Origin: Amoebophrya sp. A120
Taxonomy: Eukaryota; Protista; Dinoflagellata
DNA: 64,000 nucleotides
Assembly (NCBI GenBank): GCA_905178155.1
Contig: CAJINV010000017.1
Coordinates: forward strand, 1,686,139 to 1,750,138
Direction: 5' to 3'
Shown here: piece by piece, positions 23,701-38,700 of the stretch
Numbering within the stretch: position 1 is the first letter of the stretch
Layout of the letters: every line of letters starts with the position of its first letter
The notes under the pieces: generated by a model
The model's database searches: none
Told to the model about the DNA's origin: nothing
The model's input: only the letters and a program-made list of their open reading frames with translations
Made by a program: the position numbers and the translations under genes

Positions 23701-26700
23701 AATACAGGTGGGAAAACACCGTTTCGTTCCGGTAAAAGGGGTAAGAGCCGTTCGGGTAGAAGACCTCCTGGATTTTGAACGCCTCGTACTCCCGAACCGC
23801 GTCAAACGCGAGCATAGAAGGGTGGGTGGTAAACGCATAAAACCCGTTGTCGTCGATGTTGTCTGAGGGGATTGTGAGTTGCCCGGAGGAGGTCCTCGTT
23901 GCAGCCATCAAACGACGTCTGCGGTAGCCGTAAGAACTACCTGAGGAACTGTAGGAGGAAGACGAGCTCGTACTCGAGGCTGTTGAGTAGGACGACATAG
24001 AGGAAGAACTACTTGATGACCCGCTAGTGCCTCCTGTTCCAGAAGAAGATGAAGCTACTGAGGAGTAGGCACTTGATGACGACCCACTGGATGAGCTGTA
24101 CATCGTGCTAGAGCTGCTGGAAGTTGAACTGCCACTGCTTGTCGTCGCATCAAGCGCCATCGGAACACCGCTGCTTTCTACCGCGACCGCCGCGGTACTA
24201 GCTGCTCCTGACGCCGCACCTGCCGTGGCATAACTCCTCGAGACAACCGCCGTCGCGTCCAACGGATCGCTTCCGTCCCCGATGTTCGGGTAATCCTGCC
24301 TCGCCACCGGTAACACGTACGGCCCCGTGTAGGCCGCGCTGTAGCTGATCGGCTCTTCCTGTTCGTGATATTCTAATGGTGGGACGCTGAAGAGAATACT
24401 CGTGTCAAACGGGTCGGTGGTTAAAACCCGCCCGACTTCCGGCATCAAACCGAAGTACATGTTCGGCCCGAGATGCGGCCTGCTCGCGGTTTCGGCGGTC
24501 TCGTTGTTTGCGATGGACAGCAACGTGTGAAACACGTCCGGCTGTGGCGTCTTCGTAGTATGCTCGGACGCCGATGAAGCTCCGGTGTACACTAGTCCAT
24601 GTGGCGCTTTCGTCGTTTCTCCTCCGTTTTCTTCATTCGTCTTAAGAAATCCGTCGACAGAGATTTTGCAAACCGAGCCGACAATGCAGTACTTCTCATT
24701 TTTCTGCGGAATCCGCGGTCCGGTCACGTACAGCTGCCCGGCCGGCATGTAGGTTCCCTGCGAGAAAGTCACGTTGCAGGAATAGTTGCCGAAAACTTGG
24801 TCGTTGATGAGATCCTGCGGCTCGCAATTCTTGTACTCGGTTCTCTCGTTGTTCAGCCAATTGCTGTAGGTGGTTTGCAAGGCAGAGAGAGAAGCTGCAC
24901 TAGGTTTGCTGTCAACCGTTACAGAAGTTGCAGTCGTGCTATTGTCTGCTCCTGTGGAGGTCGTGGCGCCACCTATTGTGTCGTTCAACAATGAACTATC
25001 TTGCGGCACTTCCGGGTTGAAATACGTGTAGTCGTACGCTTTTTGTGCTTCGTATAGCGCATTTAGTGTTGGTTTCTTCCCGGGTAAGAGATTCAGTATC
25101 TCCGAAGAAAATCTCTTCCAACACACATAATACGGCGCGTCCGAAGCCTGCAGCGCTGGATTTCGCCAAGGGTGCGGCGTGAACTGAGCGCCTACTTTTA
25201 GAGTGGTTGTGGTGGCAGATGAACCAGAATTGTCCCCCTGCTCGTTCCTACTGCCAACGGTTACAAACATAGCGCCGGTTTCGTTACTGTAGGACACGTC
25301 GCCCGCTGCGATACTTCCGCCACTCGTCACTACCACTTGCGAAAAATCGACGACCGACTTCGGAGAGATCGCCGCACAAGGGTCTTTACTGATGAAGACA
25401 TAGTCGTTGTTGTTTGGACTCAAATCGTACCCTTCCAAATCGATCGTGCACGGCTTCAACCGTTTCTGCGTGTACGCTGTGGTGTTTATCACGACCTGCG
25501 GGTACTCGTTGGCAATTTCCTCTTCCGAAATGCCTTGGAGAAACGCATTGTATTTCCGCGGTGCGGACACGGAGTAGTCGTTATTGTTTTCCCCTTGCTC
25601 CGACACCCGCAGCATTGAAAGATCCAGACCGGGTAAGACCTGCTTGTTCTCCGTCTCCCCTAAGTTGCAAATCTGCACCCTCTGCGTATCAAAGACCCCG
25701 GCGACGTTGATCACTCCCGCGTCGGCGGAGAAGTCTAAGTGCGATTCGCAGATGCTGAAGGCCGGCTCTTGCAGCGGCTCTGGCGGGCCGTAGATGTCGG
25801 AGCTTAGCGAGCTGTAAGTTTCTTCTGGGTACACCGGATTGAATTCAGAAACGGTTAAAGGGAGGGAACCGGGGACGATTGTTGTCGTGGCGCGACTTGC
25901 GGTTGTAGTGGCTGAAGGCGCTCCTGTCGCTGCACTCGCCGTGGTCTCTCCTAATTCCATCATGGTAGTTCCAGCAGCTGCTCTCACAGTCGTTGTCATG
26001 GTAGTCGTGGTTGTAGCCGCTGCCCGGGATGTGGTTACCGGCGCTGCAGTAGAAGTCTGCTGACTGCTAGTACTTGTGGTCATGCTACTGCCATAAGAAG
26101 CGGGCGCCGGAGTCGGCTGTGAAGACGAACTAGAGGCGTAGGAAGATGATGAGCTAGAACCCGTCTCAGCACCGTGGTAACTCAACTTTCTCCTCCTCGG
26201 TTGTTCCACAAACTGCTGCCCAGCGCTCGTCGTCCCTCGAAAAACACCACGACTTGTCGTCCGGGAAAAAGAAAAACCAGTTCCAGCCTCCGCATGAATC
26301 TCCTCCAGCTGTCTTCTGTAAAACCCTTTCGGCGCGACGAATTCTGACGCCGACGTTCCGCCGTCACCGTGCAGTGCCTCGTTGTACCCCAGCGGTCTCG
26401 GGTTCGTAATCACGGACGCAGGCTCCACAACGTACGCGCTTCCATCCGGGTACTCCACGGTTCTCGACCCGGCCCACGTGTTCAAGTTGTCGAAACTGGG
26501 GGTCACCACCGCGAGTTGCGCGGATCTGTCCCCCGCGTATTTTTGGTACGCCTGCTCCAACGCGGATTGCGTGCTGTAGTACTTTTGGCCCCCGCCCGTG
26601 GTGGTAATCACGGAGGATAATCCGGGGGAGTAGACGATTTTATCCCACTCTGGGACCGGTTGGATCTGCCCGGAATTGTACAACGCGTCGTCGATCGCTT

Positions 26701-29700
26701 TTTCCCGCTGTTCACTACTGTAGAAAGTGGTTTCGGGGAAGATGAAGTTCGGTAAGTAGTCACTACTGTAGACCCTGTCCGGATTCGCATTCCAGTAGTC
26801 CCTTCTCGCGTACTGCGTCGGCTGGCGGTGGAGAGCAGCACTGTACCCTCCGCCGTCGATATTGGAAAACCCGGCGAGCTGCTGCTCAGAGCCCGGCTTC
26901 AAATAATTTTTTTCGTCGAAAAAGCTCGGCGACTTCCGCGGCACTTGCTGGTTTTCCGGTAGTATTGCAGCAGGTAAGTCTGTTTTCGGATCCAGTCTAT
27001 CAGTACTGAAGTAGACTATCTTCCCATCCGCCGTGGCAGTTTGGAGAAAATCCTCCTCGCTGTCCGTTTTCGGGCGGTAGTAGGACTGTATTGGATATTT
27101 CGTCAAGGAGTACTGGTAGCGGAAATCGATGTAGCGGTCCTGCGTCGCGATCATGGGCCAGCGCTTGAAGTTTCTCACCGATTTTTCCTTCCTCCGCGAT
27201 TGCGCCCGCAAGGAGCAGGTGCAAACCCGAAACGTGCCCCCCTCGGGGATCTGGCCGGCTTTCAGCGTCGCCTCTAACTTGCTCGATACCATCGCGGATT
27301 CCCCGGTCTGGGGGACTGGATCTAAGAGCGGGATGTTATCCAGCTCCAACGTGAAGGTCTTCAGGTGGCCGTAAATGCTTGTCTTTTTCATGTGCGTCCC
27401 CGGTTTTTGGACGACAATGCCCTGGAGTTCAATCGGCTTTCCGAAATCGATCTCGTAGTAGAGAACTTTGTCCACTTCGTATTTTTTTGTACTATACGTC
27501 GTGTTCGGCAGTGGACCGTAACCGGAAAGCGAACCGTACAGCGTTCCTAATTTCTGGTCCTTAATCGCCAGCCGCCCTAGAATCGGGTCCGAAATTTCCG
27601 GTAAATCCGGGACGCAAACAACCGCGGGGGTAACGATGGTTGTTAGCGTCGAGCAGGGCGGGCGCTGGAAATTCGTGCTGTTTAACTTGCTGTCGCTGGG
27701 CATTGATCCTGCTGCTGTTCCTGCTCCTGTGCAGATATTTCCACTCACTTGCGACTCCAACCTCGGTAAGTACGGTCTTTGGAAGCTCGCGTACCTGATT
27801 TCCCCCGGCGTGTTCCGGTCGGAAACCAAGCCGAAATCGGCCAACCCGCCGAAGCGGAAGCTCGGGTGCTGCTTCTCCCAAGTCAAGGGGTAGAGCCGGA
27901 CTCTGCGCGTCGCTTTCGGGCCTTCCTTGAACAAATGGAGGGAGTATTCCGTGTCCGGGAGGTCAACGAGGAAGTTGTTGTTCACCCCTATGGTTCTACT
28001 GGACGATTTTGAAGACGCCATGTTGCCAGTTGTACTCGCGCTAGTGCCCCCTCCAGCAGCTGCAGCTCCTACCGGATACAAAGTGTTGCTGAGCGCCTTG
28101 GTTCCCTCGTCGAAGTAGCTGGTCTGGAAAACAGTGGGGTACACCACGCCGCACTTTTCCGTACTCGGGATCGTCCGGATTCTGTCGCCCTCCTCCACGC
28201 CGGACTCCCTCAATTTGTTCAAAAAGCACGGCTGGCCCGTCGTGCACTGGAACACGTTGTCGGAAACCTTCGGCCCGACGATCTCTACCCTCTTGATAAA
28301 CACGTCGCCGTTCCAGCACAGGGCGTAGTTCCCCGTCAAAGTTGGCACCGGGAGGAAGGAAACGAGCAGCGAGATTTTCTTGGAGGAGTATTTCGTCTGG
28401 GTCAGGTTTCTCTGTGGCGGCGGCTGGTACAGGGAGGAGGCTGTGTGGAGGTGAAGATCTTGGGCTGATGAGCTTTCTTCATAACCCCCTTCTTGTTCAT
28501 TTTTACCATTCATCCTGTAGTGCATATCCCTCTCATCGAAGTAGTACTCTTGCAAATCCGTGGCGTGCGCCTTCCCGGTTTTCTCCCGACAAAGTCTCCT
28601 TCCGATGGAGTTCTCCCCGCCGGAGACTTGATACAATTCTGCCGCTTCCACCTCGTTCAAGTCCTTCTCCCGTGCCCTGAACGCGTTCAAATCTTGCGGG
28701 TCGGAGATGTGCGAAAAGTAGAAATAGTTTCTCCCAATCTGCGCCCCGCCGACCGTTTCGTTGACTGCGGTTTCCCCCGGGAGAATTTCGTTGTCTCGGA
28801 TAATGATGCTGTCTGTGGTCTTGTAAAAATCGCCGGAAACCCGGAATTGGCAAACCTCGCCCCATTGACACACCTGGAACAACTCCTTCGGCCCGACAAG
28901 GGAAGTGGCGGTAGTTGTTCTTGTGCTGGTGGTGGCCGCGGCAGGTTTTATTTGCGATGTGGCCGCTCCTGTGGCTGTGACAGCAGCTGTTCCGCTTGCT
29001 GTCGCGTTTCCACCGACAGTCGAGGTTGATGTCGTCGCAGATGAAGTGCTCCTCGCTGCAACAAACCCGCCCGCTCCCAACCTCGTCACCGACGCTTTCG
29101 CGACCCGCACATCCGGATACGCCCGTCCCATCCCGGTTTCGCGTCTCTGCCACCGCATCTCTTCCAAGCAGACACTTGGTCCGTAAACGAAAATCTCGCC
29201 GTAATCCACGTAGGAAAGCGGGTCTGTCGGGTCCACCGTCCAACACAGGTGGTAGAACCCGCCCTGCGAAACCACGAACCGCGGCATATCGCCATTCGAT
29301 GCTGCTGTCATCTCAGTGACAGGCTCGGTGACATTGTGGTAGTAGAAAGACTCCACGGAGGTTAAGGAATTGGGCTGTTTCAGTTGAACCTGCTTCAAAT
29401 CTGGCGGGTCGCGCCACATCTTTGTCGTGGCAGAAGATGCCATAGTTGTACTAGTGCTCCCGTTCGCACTGGTCATCGTATTTCTGGTGACCTCCACTCC
29501 GCCGTCCGTGGCAATCCAGTCGGAGACATTCACTTTCGCCAAAGCGCAGCTGTACCGCTGAAGCTTCAGATGCCCCTTGGGGAAATTCCCGCACTGTAAC
29601 CGGAAAGGTAACCCTGCTTCCAAGATTTGCCCGTTGTTCAAGACATTGCGGATACCGTGGTCGTATCTCGATTCCGTGTCCGCGATGACCGCTTGTCTCC

Positions 29701-32700
29701 GGCTTTCCAACTCAGCTGCAGTAAGTGGCGTGTACTGCTCCAAGTGCTTTTTGAAATAGTGCAGGAACGCGTAAGTGTCTTTGTGAATCGAGATGGCTTG
29801 CAGATTTTGCCTCGATCCCGGGTAGGAGGGGAACAGAAAATCCTGGCGCCAGGAACGAATTGCGGTCGGGGCGAGAGAGGAGATAAGAGAAGAAGAACCT
29901 CCCGATGCTGATGATCCCGATGACATTTGCAGATACCGGTCGTAACGGGGCGGGCGAGAAGCGCCGTCGGCTGAAGAACTAGTCGCGCCTTCTGTACTAG
30001 AGATCCCACTAGCTGCCGCAAAATCGTCCTCCTCGTCTTCGAATCCAAACAACCGCCTCTCTCGCAACATACCAGAAGCATTGCCTGTTGTAGTAGTGCC
30101 GTTTATCGACGAGGAATTCGCATCTTGGTACTGCTGTCCACCACCAGCAACATCAGAACTAGTTTCGTTAGAAGCTGCAGTCGCGTTGCTCGCATTTTTT
30201 CTATCACTATCACTAGCCACCTCAGGAACCGTCGTCGTTGTGGTACTGGTCGTGAACGCCATTTTCAACTTGTAAATCCGGATCCTCTTCCCCGCCAACC
30301 TCCGTTGCGAATACGCGAACGCGTCGTTGGACCAGAACAACTCGCCGGTTTTCACCAGCGACTCGGCACTGCCCCGCTCCGGCGACGGCTCGGACAGCAA
30401 GCCAAACCCTTCCGCGGACAAAGGCGTCGTGCAACAGACATCCTGGTCGCGAAACAGACCGATCCGGAACTGCACCGACGCGTTTTGCGCCTCGTGGATG
30501 TAGTGGGTTAGAGTGTGATACTCAATATCCTCCTCCGTCGCATTCGATCCGTTCGTCGAATTGACGTCAAAATCTTCGTCGTCTTGAAGAACGAGAGAGG
30601 ACCCTGATGCTGAACTATGGCTGCTCATGTTAGTCGTGTCATTTGAAGCACTAGTGTTCATCATTCCACCACCCATCGACGTGTTAGTACTCGTCCCATT
30701 TGATGTTTGTTGGTGCATCGTCAGCACCCTTCTGTAGTCGACGATCCCAACATCGCTGTCCGTGTCTTCATCGAACCCGAACTCGACGAAGTCTTCGTTC
30801 TGTTCCAACACTCTTGGTTGCATTTTACTTCCCATCCTGTTCCCAGCTACGGTCGTGTAATAAACCGTCCTGACCCGTCTTGCAGTCTGTCGCGAGATCG
30901 CATGGAAGATCAGTTTCGACAAGTGGCGATGCGCGTGGCAATGGTGATGATCGTTGCTCGTGAAGTTTTCGTTTGTTTCTCGAATTGGATTTGGCTCGCG
31001 GAAGAACAAGCTGTCGTACCCTGACTTGAAGAGCGGGTTCTTGACCCGGTTGAAAGCGCCAACAGAGAGGTACGGTTCTTGATTCGGCTGGAACAGCGTG
31101 TTCGAACTGGTTTCGTGAAGATGGAGCGAACTGGTGTCCTCTGAGTCTGTCGCACTGTTGGCCGTTGCGGTTCCATTTGCGTTCATTCCCGAAACGCCGC
31201 CACTGTGAAGTCTCTGCACCGCATGCGACGTGCCATTTCGCGCAGTGAGGTTTCTCTCCTCGATCGGCATCGCGCACATCGATGAGCTAGTGCTGTTTTC
31301 GCTCGCCACTCCTGTCGGAAACCCCTCGCCCAAAACCAAAGTCTCCCCGAGCACCAAGTCTTTTAAAGTTTTCGTGTCGACAAACCCCATATCGATATCA
31401 AAGTAGAAGTCGTAATACTGCGGCTCGCTTGCCACGTACGCATCGGCGGAGAAGTTCGACAGTTGATAGGTGAAATCCGGCGGCCCGTACGGCACTTGTC
31501 CACCAGGGAGGGAGAAAACATTTTTCTTGTCCTGCGACCGGAAGTTTTGGTTCATGTTCACTGTGCCAGTCATGAGGTCTCTTTCCATATCCACCACCTC
31601 GACACGCAACCCGCCGAAAAACCCCGGCTCGGCGTATTTGTTGGACACAAAGCTGGGCACGCCGGTGGATCCGCGGTAAAACCCATTTTTCCGCTCCGCA
31701 TCCACAACTGTATCCAACAAAACCTCATTTGGATCAGAAAAGCGGTGGATCGAATGCGGTCCGTAGTCCTCTGCTGGGACGGTGAGTTTCTTGATTCCAT
31801 TCCTTTCCTCGACGAAAACAGAACTCGTGTTGTGCTCCGCGTGCTCCCACGCCGGGCCGTCGTAGGAAAAAGCGGAATTGTCCACGGTGCCGTCGATTTG
31901 GATCGCGATTTCGGGGGAATAATACCCAACCCACTCGTTGCCGTACAACTCAACTTCGCAGATGTGCAGTGGAATAGGGGACCCCAGGCCGATCTCCTCA
32001 AGCAATGGATTCGCACTCGACGCGTTCTGGTGCGCCTTTCCAAACAACCGGAACGTCCGGCCCGTGATGTCGCAGTCTTGGGATAACGCAACAGAAGTTG
32101 TGGTCGTCGGCGTCGGGGAGATCATCGAGTTTGTCGCGTTTGTCAAATTCAGCTCAACGAAGTCCGTTTCTTGGACCAACGGGCATGCTTTCGTCCCGTC
32201 AACGACTAAAATTGTGTTGGACAGCATTGCTTGCATGTCGAACGAAGTCGTGGTGTCACCACCAGCACCGAAAGAAGATCCACCAGCACTTGGACCGCCA
32301 GAACTAGAACTAGAACTGCCAATCTGCCCCTGTTGCGGCCCATGCACCATGATCCTCCGCAACCTCGTCGGCCTGGGGAGTTGGATTTCCAACACCGAGT
32401 AGATGAAGGACCAATCCGTCGTTTCAAACCACTTGGTGCTGTTGTCAAATTCGTCCGTGTCATTTATGAGAGTGCACAGCTCGTCCCCCTCCCATTTGTA
32501 TAGCATGAACGGCAATACAAGCACCAGCAAGAGTGCCGGTTTTGCATGACAAATTTGCACTGGAGTGTAGTGTTGTTTGGGCTGCCAGAACTTGTCATGC
32601 AAGCGGTGCCATGAGGCAAAGGCAAAGGGTGGATTGGGTATTTTGCATGACAAATGAGGGGGAGGGGGAGTTGTGCACTGGCATATCGTTTGTCAAATTT

Positions 32701-35700
32701 GTATTGTTCGGGTCGAAAAACTATGAAATGCAAAAGATTCGTAGTACTCCTACTCTGAGTTGTGCAATACATATACAACTTAGCTTAGCATGACACATGA
32801 TATTTGTCATGCTGTTTTACCTTGGAAAGGACATTTGTCAAGCATAGTTGCGATTAGGATTACTACGAGAAGTACGATATTATTGCAATGCATAAAAACT
32901 CCTCCGTCACATTCGGCTTTTGCGTTGCGGCGATCGCAAGGATCTCCTCGTCTGTGAGGATGCGAGATTTGACGCAGGTCTCCCTATTTCCGTCCACCGC
33001 GTTCAAGTCTAGTAAACTGCTGAAATCCGCGGAATTCTTCTCCACCGTCGCGCGCTGGACGATCGACGGCAGCTGCCTCTGCAAAGCAGCCTCGACCACT
33101 TTCTCGACTGAGTACGAAACCGAGTCGAGGTCTGTCGGGAGCGTAGTGGAGTTTTGCTCCGCCAAAGGTAGCATCTTGACCGTGGTCTGTTTTCTCGCGG
33201 TGACCCACTGCTCCTGCTTCCGGTAGTAGATCGGCTCTTGGCCTCTATCCGGGTTCAGGGAGCTGCGGTCTATGATCTCTTCTGCGGTGAACAGAACTGT
33301 TTGTGAATATGTTCCAGATCCGGCGAAAACCTCCCCACCATCGGGATTGTTGTTCATCGCACTTATCACGTTGTTTTTCGTTTCCCGGTTGTTGCAGTGT
33401 TCGGTGGTTTTGAACCAAAAGACATTTTCCATCGGGTTCTGTACGAAACAACCGCAACTCTTGTCATTCAGGCACTTCTTTACCGCGTCTTCGAAATTCA
33501 TGTTGAAGTACGCGTACTGTAAGTCGTACTCGAGATAGATCGGCTCGCAGACCGGGGTGTCATTGAAATTCGTCATATTATCGACTTCTAGTTGCGGGAT
33601 GCAGTTGTTTTCCGTGTAGTTGCTGTCGTTTGATAGCAGTTGCATGGAGATGGACGTCGAAAATTGGCTGGAAATAACTCCTGAAGAACCAGCAGCAGAA
33701 CCTCCACCTCCTCCGACGTGAATCTGTGTTGCCTGCGTCGCGCCGGAGATTGAGGAGGAATAGGCAGACGATCCGGTCGCTTGTGTCGTATTTTGTTGCG
33801 CACCACCAGAAATGGCATCCAAATCTCCGCCAGGGCCGACAACCTCCCCCACGAATCCGACCATCTTGAAGTGCGGAATCCGAATTTTCGCAAATTCGTC
33901 GATCACGTCCGGCCAACTTGTGAAGGTCGTGGTTCGGGTATGGAAGCGGTGAAATCAGGTAGAGTAAAGAGTAGCAGCGAATATCAATTTGCAATTTTTA
34001 TGCAATGTCTTCTAATGCAGAAGCAAAAGCATGGACATCATCACGGAAACATACAAAGATTGACGCGTTGATTTAGTGTGGTAACATTGCAACTTAACTC
34101 GTCTACTGCAACAGAGTGCAAACAGAAACAAGATTTCCCCCGACATAAGTTGTGGTCGTCGACGTCGTCGTGGTTGTCGTTGTGGTCGTCGACGTCAATG
34201 TAAATCCCTCCGGAAAAACCGCCAGCGCTAAAGACTCCCCGGTATCGGTCGTCTGCACCAAATCCATCACCTTCACATCCGCAAAACCGATCGCAAAGGC
34301 ATCCGCACTCGCGGATAACACCGGGTCCGCGGCGATTGCTGTGGTTAACTCAGAGACGATTAACGAGCCAAACGTCTGGAGTTTCGAGTTGATTTCTGAA
34401 CTTATCGCCTCAGCGATGTTCACCAGTGAGGAAACGGAGAAGGACTCGTCCTGCGCCTTCAAGAACGCGTCTTTGTCTCTCGTATACAGCGCGTCCGGCT
34501 CAGCAATGCTGTCGGACTGGCCGACGGAGTTGCGAGAAATGGTCATATCGTACTCGACACTGAGCATCACCTGGGACGTGGAGAGAAGACGCTTGTTCTC
34601 TGCGTCTGATTCTGCTGCTTGTTGATGAAAACCTCCGCTTTGCAGCCTTCTTTTCTTCTTCTTCATTTTCTCCTCCTCATGCTCCCTTTTCTGCTTCGCC
34701 AAGTCCACCTGCGTCCTGACGACGTCGGATACAGCAGCAGCTTCAGATGAGCCCCCGGAATAGAAGTCCTCCCCGCCTGCAACTTCCGCTACTTGCTGCT
34801 TCGCCAACTTCCGCAACACCAGACTCGCTTCGTCGTCCGGGAATAGAGAATCTTCCCGCAGCGGCCGGGCTTCCTGCCGCGTCCGGATTTGCAGGTCCAA
34901 GTCATGGTCCGGCGTCGCCTGGTGGATTTCAAATTTTGAAGATAATTTTGACGGAGCTGATGCGAGGTGCTGTAACCCCCCCAAGTTAAAGCCAGGCTGT
35001 CCACCTCGTCCTCCTCCTTCCTGTAAAAGCGCCCTCGCCCGCAACGTGGCTAAAGACGTCACGACAATTGGCTTCGTCAAATTGAACTGGTTGCAATCTA
35101 GTCCCCCAGCCCCAGTCGCCTGCTGCGTGCTGTTCATGCTGTTCATCGCCTGACAGATCCCCAGCGCGATCGCCTTTTTGAACGCCTGACAGTCGGTAAA
35201 ATTTGCTTCCAAGCTGTTCATCTTCTCCGTCGTGTCGCAATTGTCACTCACCCCCGCTTGCAGACTGACCGCACCGGAGAGGACGATGTCGGAGACCGTG
35301 CTCATACTGACGTTGATAAACCGCAAGTCCGCGTTTTTGTTCAGCAACGTCAACGCATCCTGCTCTTCCGCGATTTTGACAAACGGAGGGGATTGGACGA
35401 CAATGGTTGAAACCGACAAGCCCCGGTTGCACAGTTCGTAGATCCCGCGCGGGAACCGGTACTCAATCACCATAGAAGTCATCAAATCCGCGGTCAACCC
35501 CGCGTAGTACGTGTTGTTCACCTTCACAGGGCCGCCGTACTGCGCCAAGTCTTCCGTTTCCGTGTTGGCCAACGGTTTCGCGCCGTTCATCAATCGTATC
35601 GGGTACTTGCACGCTTTGCACTCGGTTTGTAATTCCGACAAGCACAGGTCGACGAGGGATTGTCCGACTTTCATGTTTTTCCCCAGTAGCTGTAGTTTTT

Positions 35701-38700
35701 CCAAATTCCCAGCGTAGGGAAAAAAAGGCGCTTTGCCGATGCTGTCCGCAACACCGAGAACGCCGTTGATCCAGAAGGTACCGATGTCGATCCAGTACGT
35801 CGTCATATCTTCCTTATCGGTTGTCCAACAGGCACGGTATTCCCTGGCGCGGGTTTTGGACCCCTGGAACAGGCGGTAGTCGACACCAGCAACGCCCGTC
35901 CTGACCTCATCACAGTCATCTTTCGGGGAGATGATCACAATGTCCCCGCCGGAGGGGAGAACTTGCGCGTGGTGGGAGTCTGACTCGATCAGGGACTGTA
36001 TCATGTCGGCAAAGGTGTAGGGCTGTTTAGTCTCCTCTCCTGTTGTTCCCTGATCTACTCCTTCCGATGGGGCACTTTCATGTGATGTCGTCGCCATAGT
36101 ACTAGCACTTCCTTCTCCTCCACCAGCCGGCACCATCATATCCGGGATCGCGTGGTGCGGCCTGTCTGCGACCAGTCCGTCATACTCGAACGGTCGCAGG
36201 ATGTTCTCTTCCTGACTCGCGTAGTTCGGCGTCGGGCCGTGGACGTTGATTGCCGCAACTTTGACCCAGGACCGAGAGACGTTCGCCCGCGCGTAGCAGA
36301 TTTCGTAGTTCAGAGCCTCCATAAACCGGATATCGAAAGGGTAGATCATGATCGATCCGGGCTGGTCTTGCCCAGCCGCGCCGGCAAGTTGCTGACTGAC
36401 AGTTGAGACGTACCCGGGGCCGGAGATGTGTTTGTCGGCAACAACTGTGAGTAAATGCAAATCCGTGGATTCATCAAAGAAGTCTTTCGGTCCTAGCGCA
36501 TCTGTTTGCGTCCTGAAAATCTCCCCGGCTGGAGTCCTCGTCACGTTGATCTGCTGTTCGGTGGTGGTGTTTTGACAAAGAACGGAAGAGGACGACTGTT
36601 CTGAACTGTTTGAACTGTTCGCAGATTCCTCGTCATCCGACGTTGTACTGGTGCAGTTACTTGTTGTGACGTTCTGCGTTTCCAAATACGTCTCCACGTG
36701 CATCTTCAGCAACCACTGCTCACTACTGACATAGGACACCAACTGCTGTTCCGTGCCGCTTGTCGGGGTAAACCGGATTTTTTTACTGTGCGCCTTCGTC
36801 GGGTACCCACAGGGCTCCCCCGCGTCGACGATCTGCAACTCGTCCGAGCTCCGCAGATTGGTGCCGTGCAACACTAACCGATACGGGACACCAGGTAACA
36901 CTAACACTTCCTGATCGTCCAAAAGCGTCGACACTCTCGTGTTGTAGCTGTACGGCATGTGCTTGGTGTTCGTCCGCATAGCACTCGTCAAGTTGTAGGG
37001 GTCGACCAAATCGATTCCGTGGTAGAAGGGACCGGAAAGTGTGAACTCGCCGAGGAGAATTCCCATCCACTTCACTGTGTACCTCCCCCCATAGAGGATT
37101 TTCTGCATGAAACTGCTCTCCTTTCCGGTTAGTTGGTAGTTGACGTCGTAGTGGTTTTCGAAATTCTCAATCTGAACGATCGCATTCTCGCCCACATTGT
37201 AGCCGAGAATCTCGATTTTGATCGGAAGACCGGCGAGGAACTCGGCGTCGACATTTGGTGAAGATGAAACAGCACCCGGTCCCTGCTGCAAAGCCGCCTT
37301 CTCCTGCACCGAGATTTCCAACAAGTTCTGCGTGTCGTTGATAAAAAACTCTTTCGTCACCAACACTTCCGCTTCGATCTGCTCGCCCCACAGGTCCGTC
37401 CTGGTTTTCCGCTGGTACTGCGACAGTTTGAAACCTATCGGCCCGTCGACGTCGAGTCTCCCTGCCTCGATGATCCCGTTCCAGCAGAGCGCCAAATCCC
37501 GCACTCCCAAAGTGAACACCCCGGCCGACCAAGTTCTGGTCGTCGGATACGCGGCGTTTTGGGTCGGGATCACGTTTTGGAGTTGGTAATTGGGAAAAGA
37601 GAAGTCCGGGAGGTCCTGCTGCATGCTGTCCTCCTCGTCGAGGACGGATAAGGTCGAAAAGTCAGCGGATTGTGTCGAAAAGTTCATATCCACTCTGCGT
37701 TTTTTCTCCTTCGTGTACCACTCACAAACCGTTAGGGGAAGAGGCTGCGGCTCGAACAGCGCCAAACCCGTTAGATTCGCCGTCGCGTTGAGCTCGTCGT
37801 CTTCCTGAAGTAAAAGGAAAGAAGAGGTGGTCCCGTTGCTGGTGCCATTTGACGAAGCGTTTGGCGCGTTTGTCGCGTTAGGGTCATGATCCTGCGTACT
37901 AGCATTGAAACCTGTGCCGTTCGTTGTTGCGTTCAAATCTTCGAAAAGGTCCTGCTCAGACACTGTTTCTGTTTCGTTCGTCAAATTCAGTTTTCCCGTG
38001 TTAAATTTCACCAACTCCAACTTCCCCAAAAATTCTCCAAACCCAGACAGCTGCAAAGTGCACTGGAAAGACGCCCGGCACACGTGCTTCTGCTTCAAGT
38101 CCGGTCCGAAGAGCTCGAGCTCCTATCAAATGTAAAAGTGTCTGGGTCTGGAAAGTTGGAACTTGTAATGCGTGTCATGCATTCCTGGAAAATCTGTGTT
38201 GCATGAGCAGCAAAACGGAGGCTTTCTTTGTCATGCAAAAACGCAATTTGTAATGCGTGCTAGGCATCAGCAGACCTCTCAAAAACTTGTCATGCTTGGC
38301 TGCGATTGGAAGCGCTTCAATCATGCGCAATTCAGCATCACAAGTTTCCAGACCCAGACATTTTTACATTTGATAGCTCCCCCTTGGAGACGAATTTCTT
38401 CCCGAATTTTGGCGAATTGTCCCAGGAAGAGGATATCCTGAGTAAAAACGTACCCACACCAGAGCTGTCATGCAAATCTGCATGCCAAAAAAGTTTGTCA
38501 TGCGGAGCGCAATGAGAGGCATTTTCTAGTCGTGTTTTAGAATTTGTGATGCTATAATCCGCATGATATACTAGATCTGTGATGCTGCTGAACTACCTAA
38601 ACAGGATTACACTACGAGGAGAAACTTGTCATGCCAAATGACCAAAGCTGGCTGATTTGTCTAGCAGATTTCCCATCTTGACTCTGGTGTGGGGACGTTT

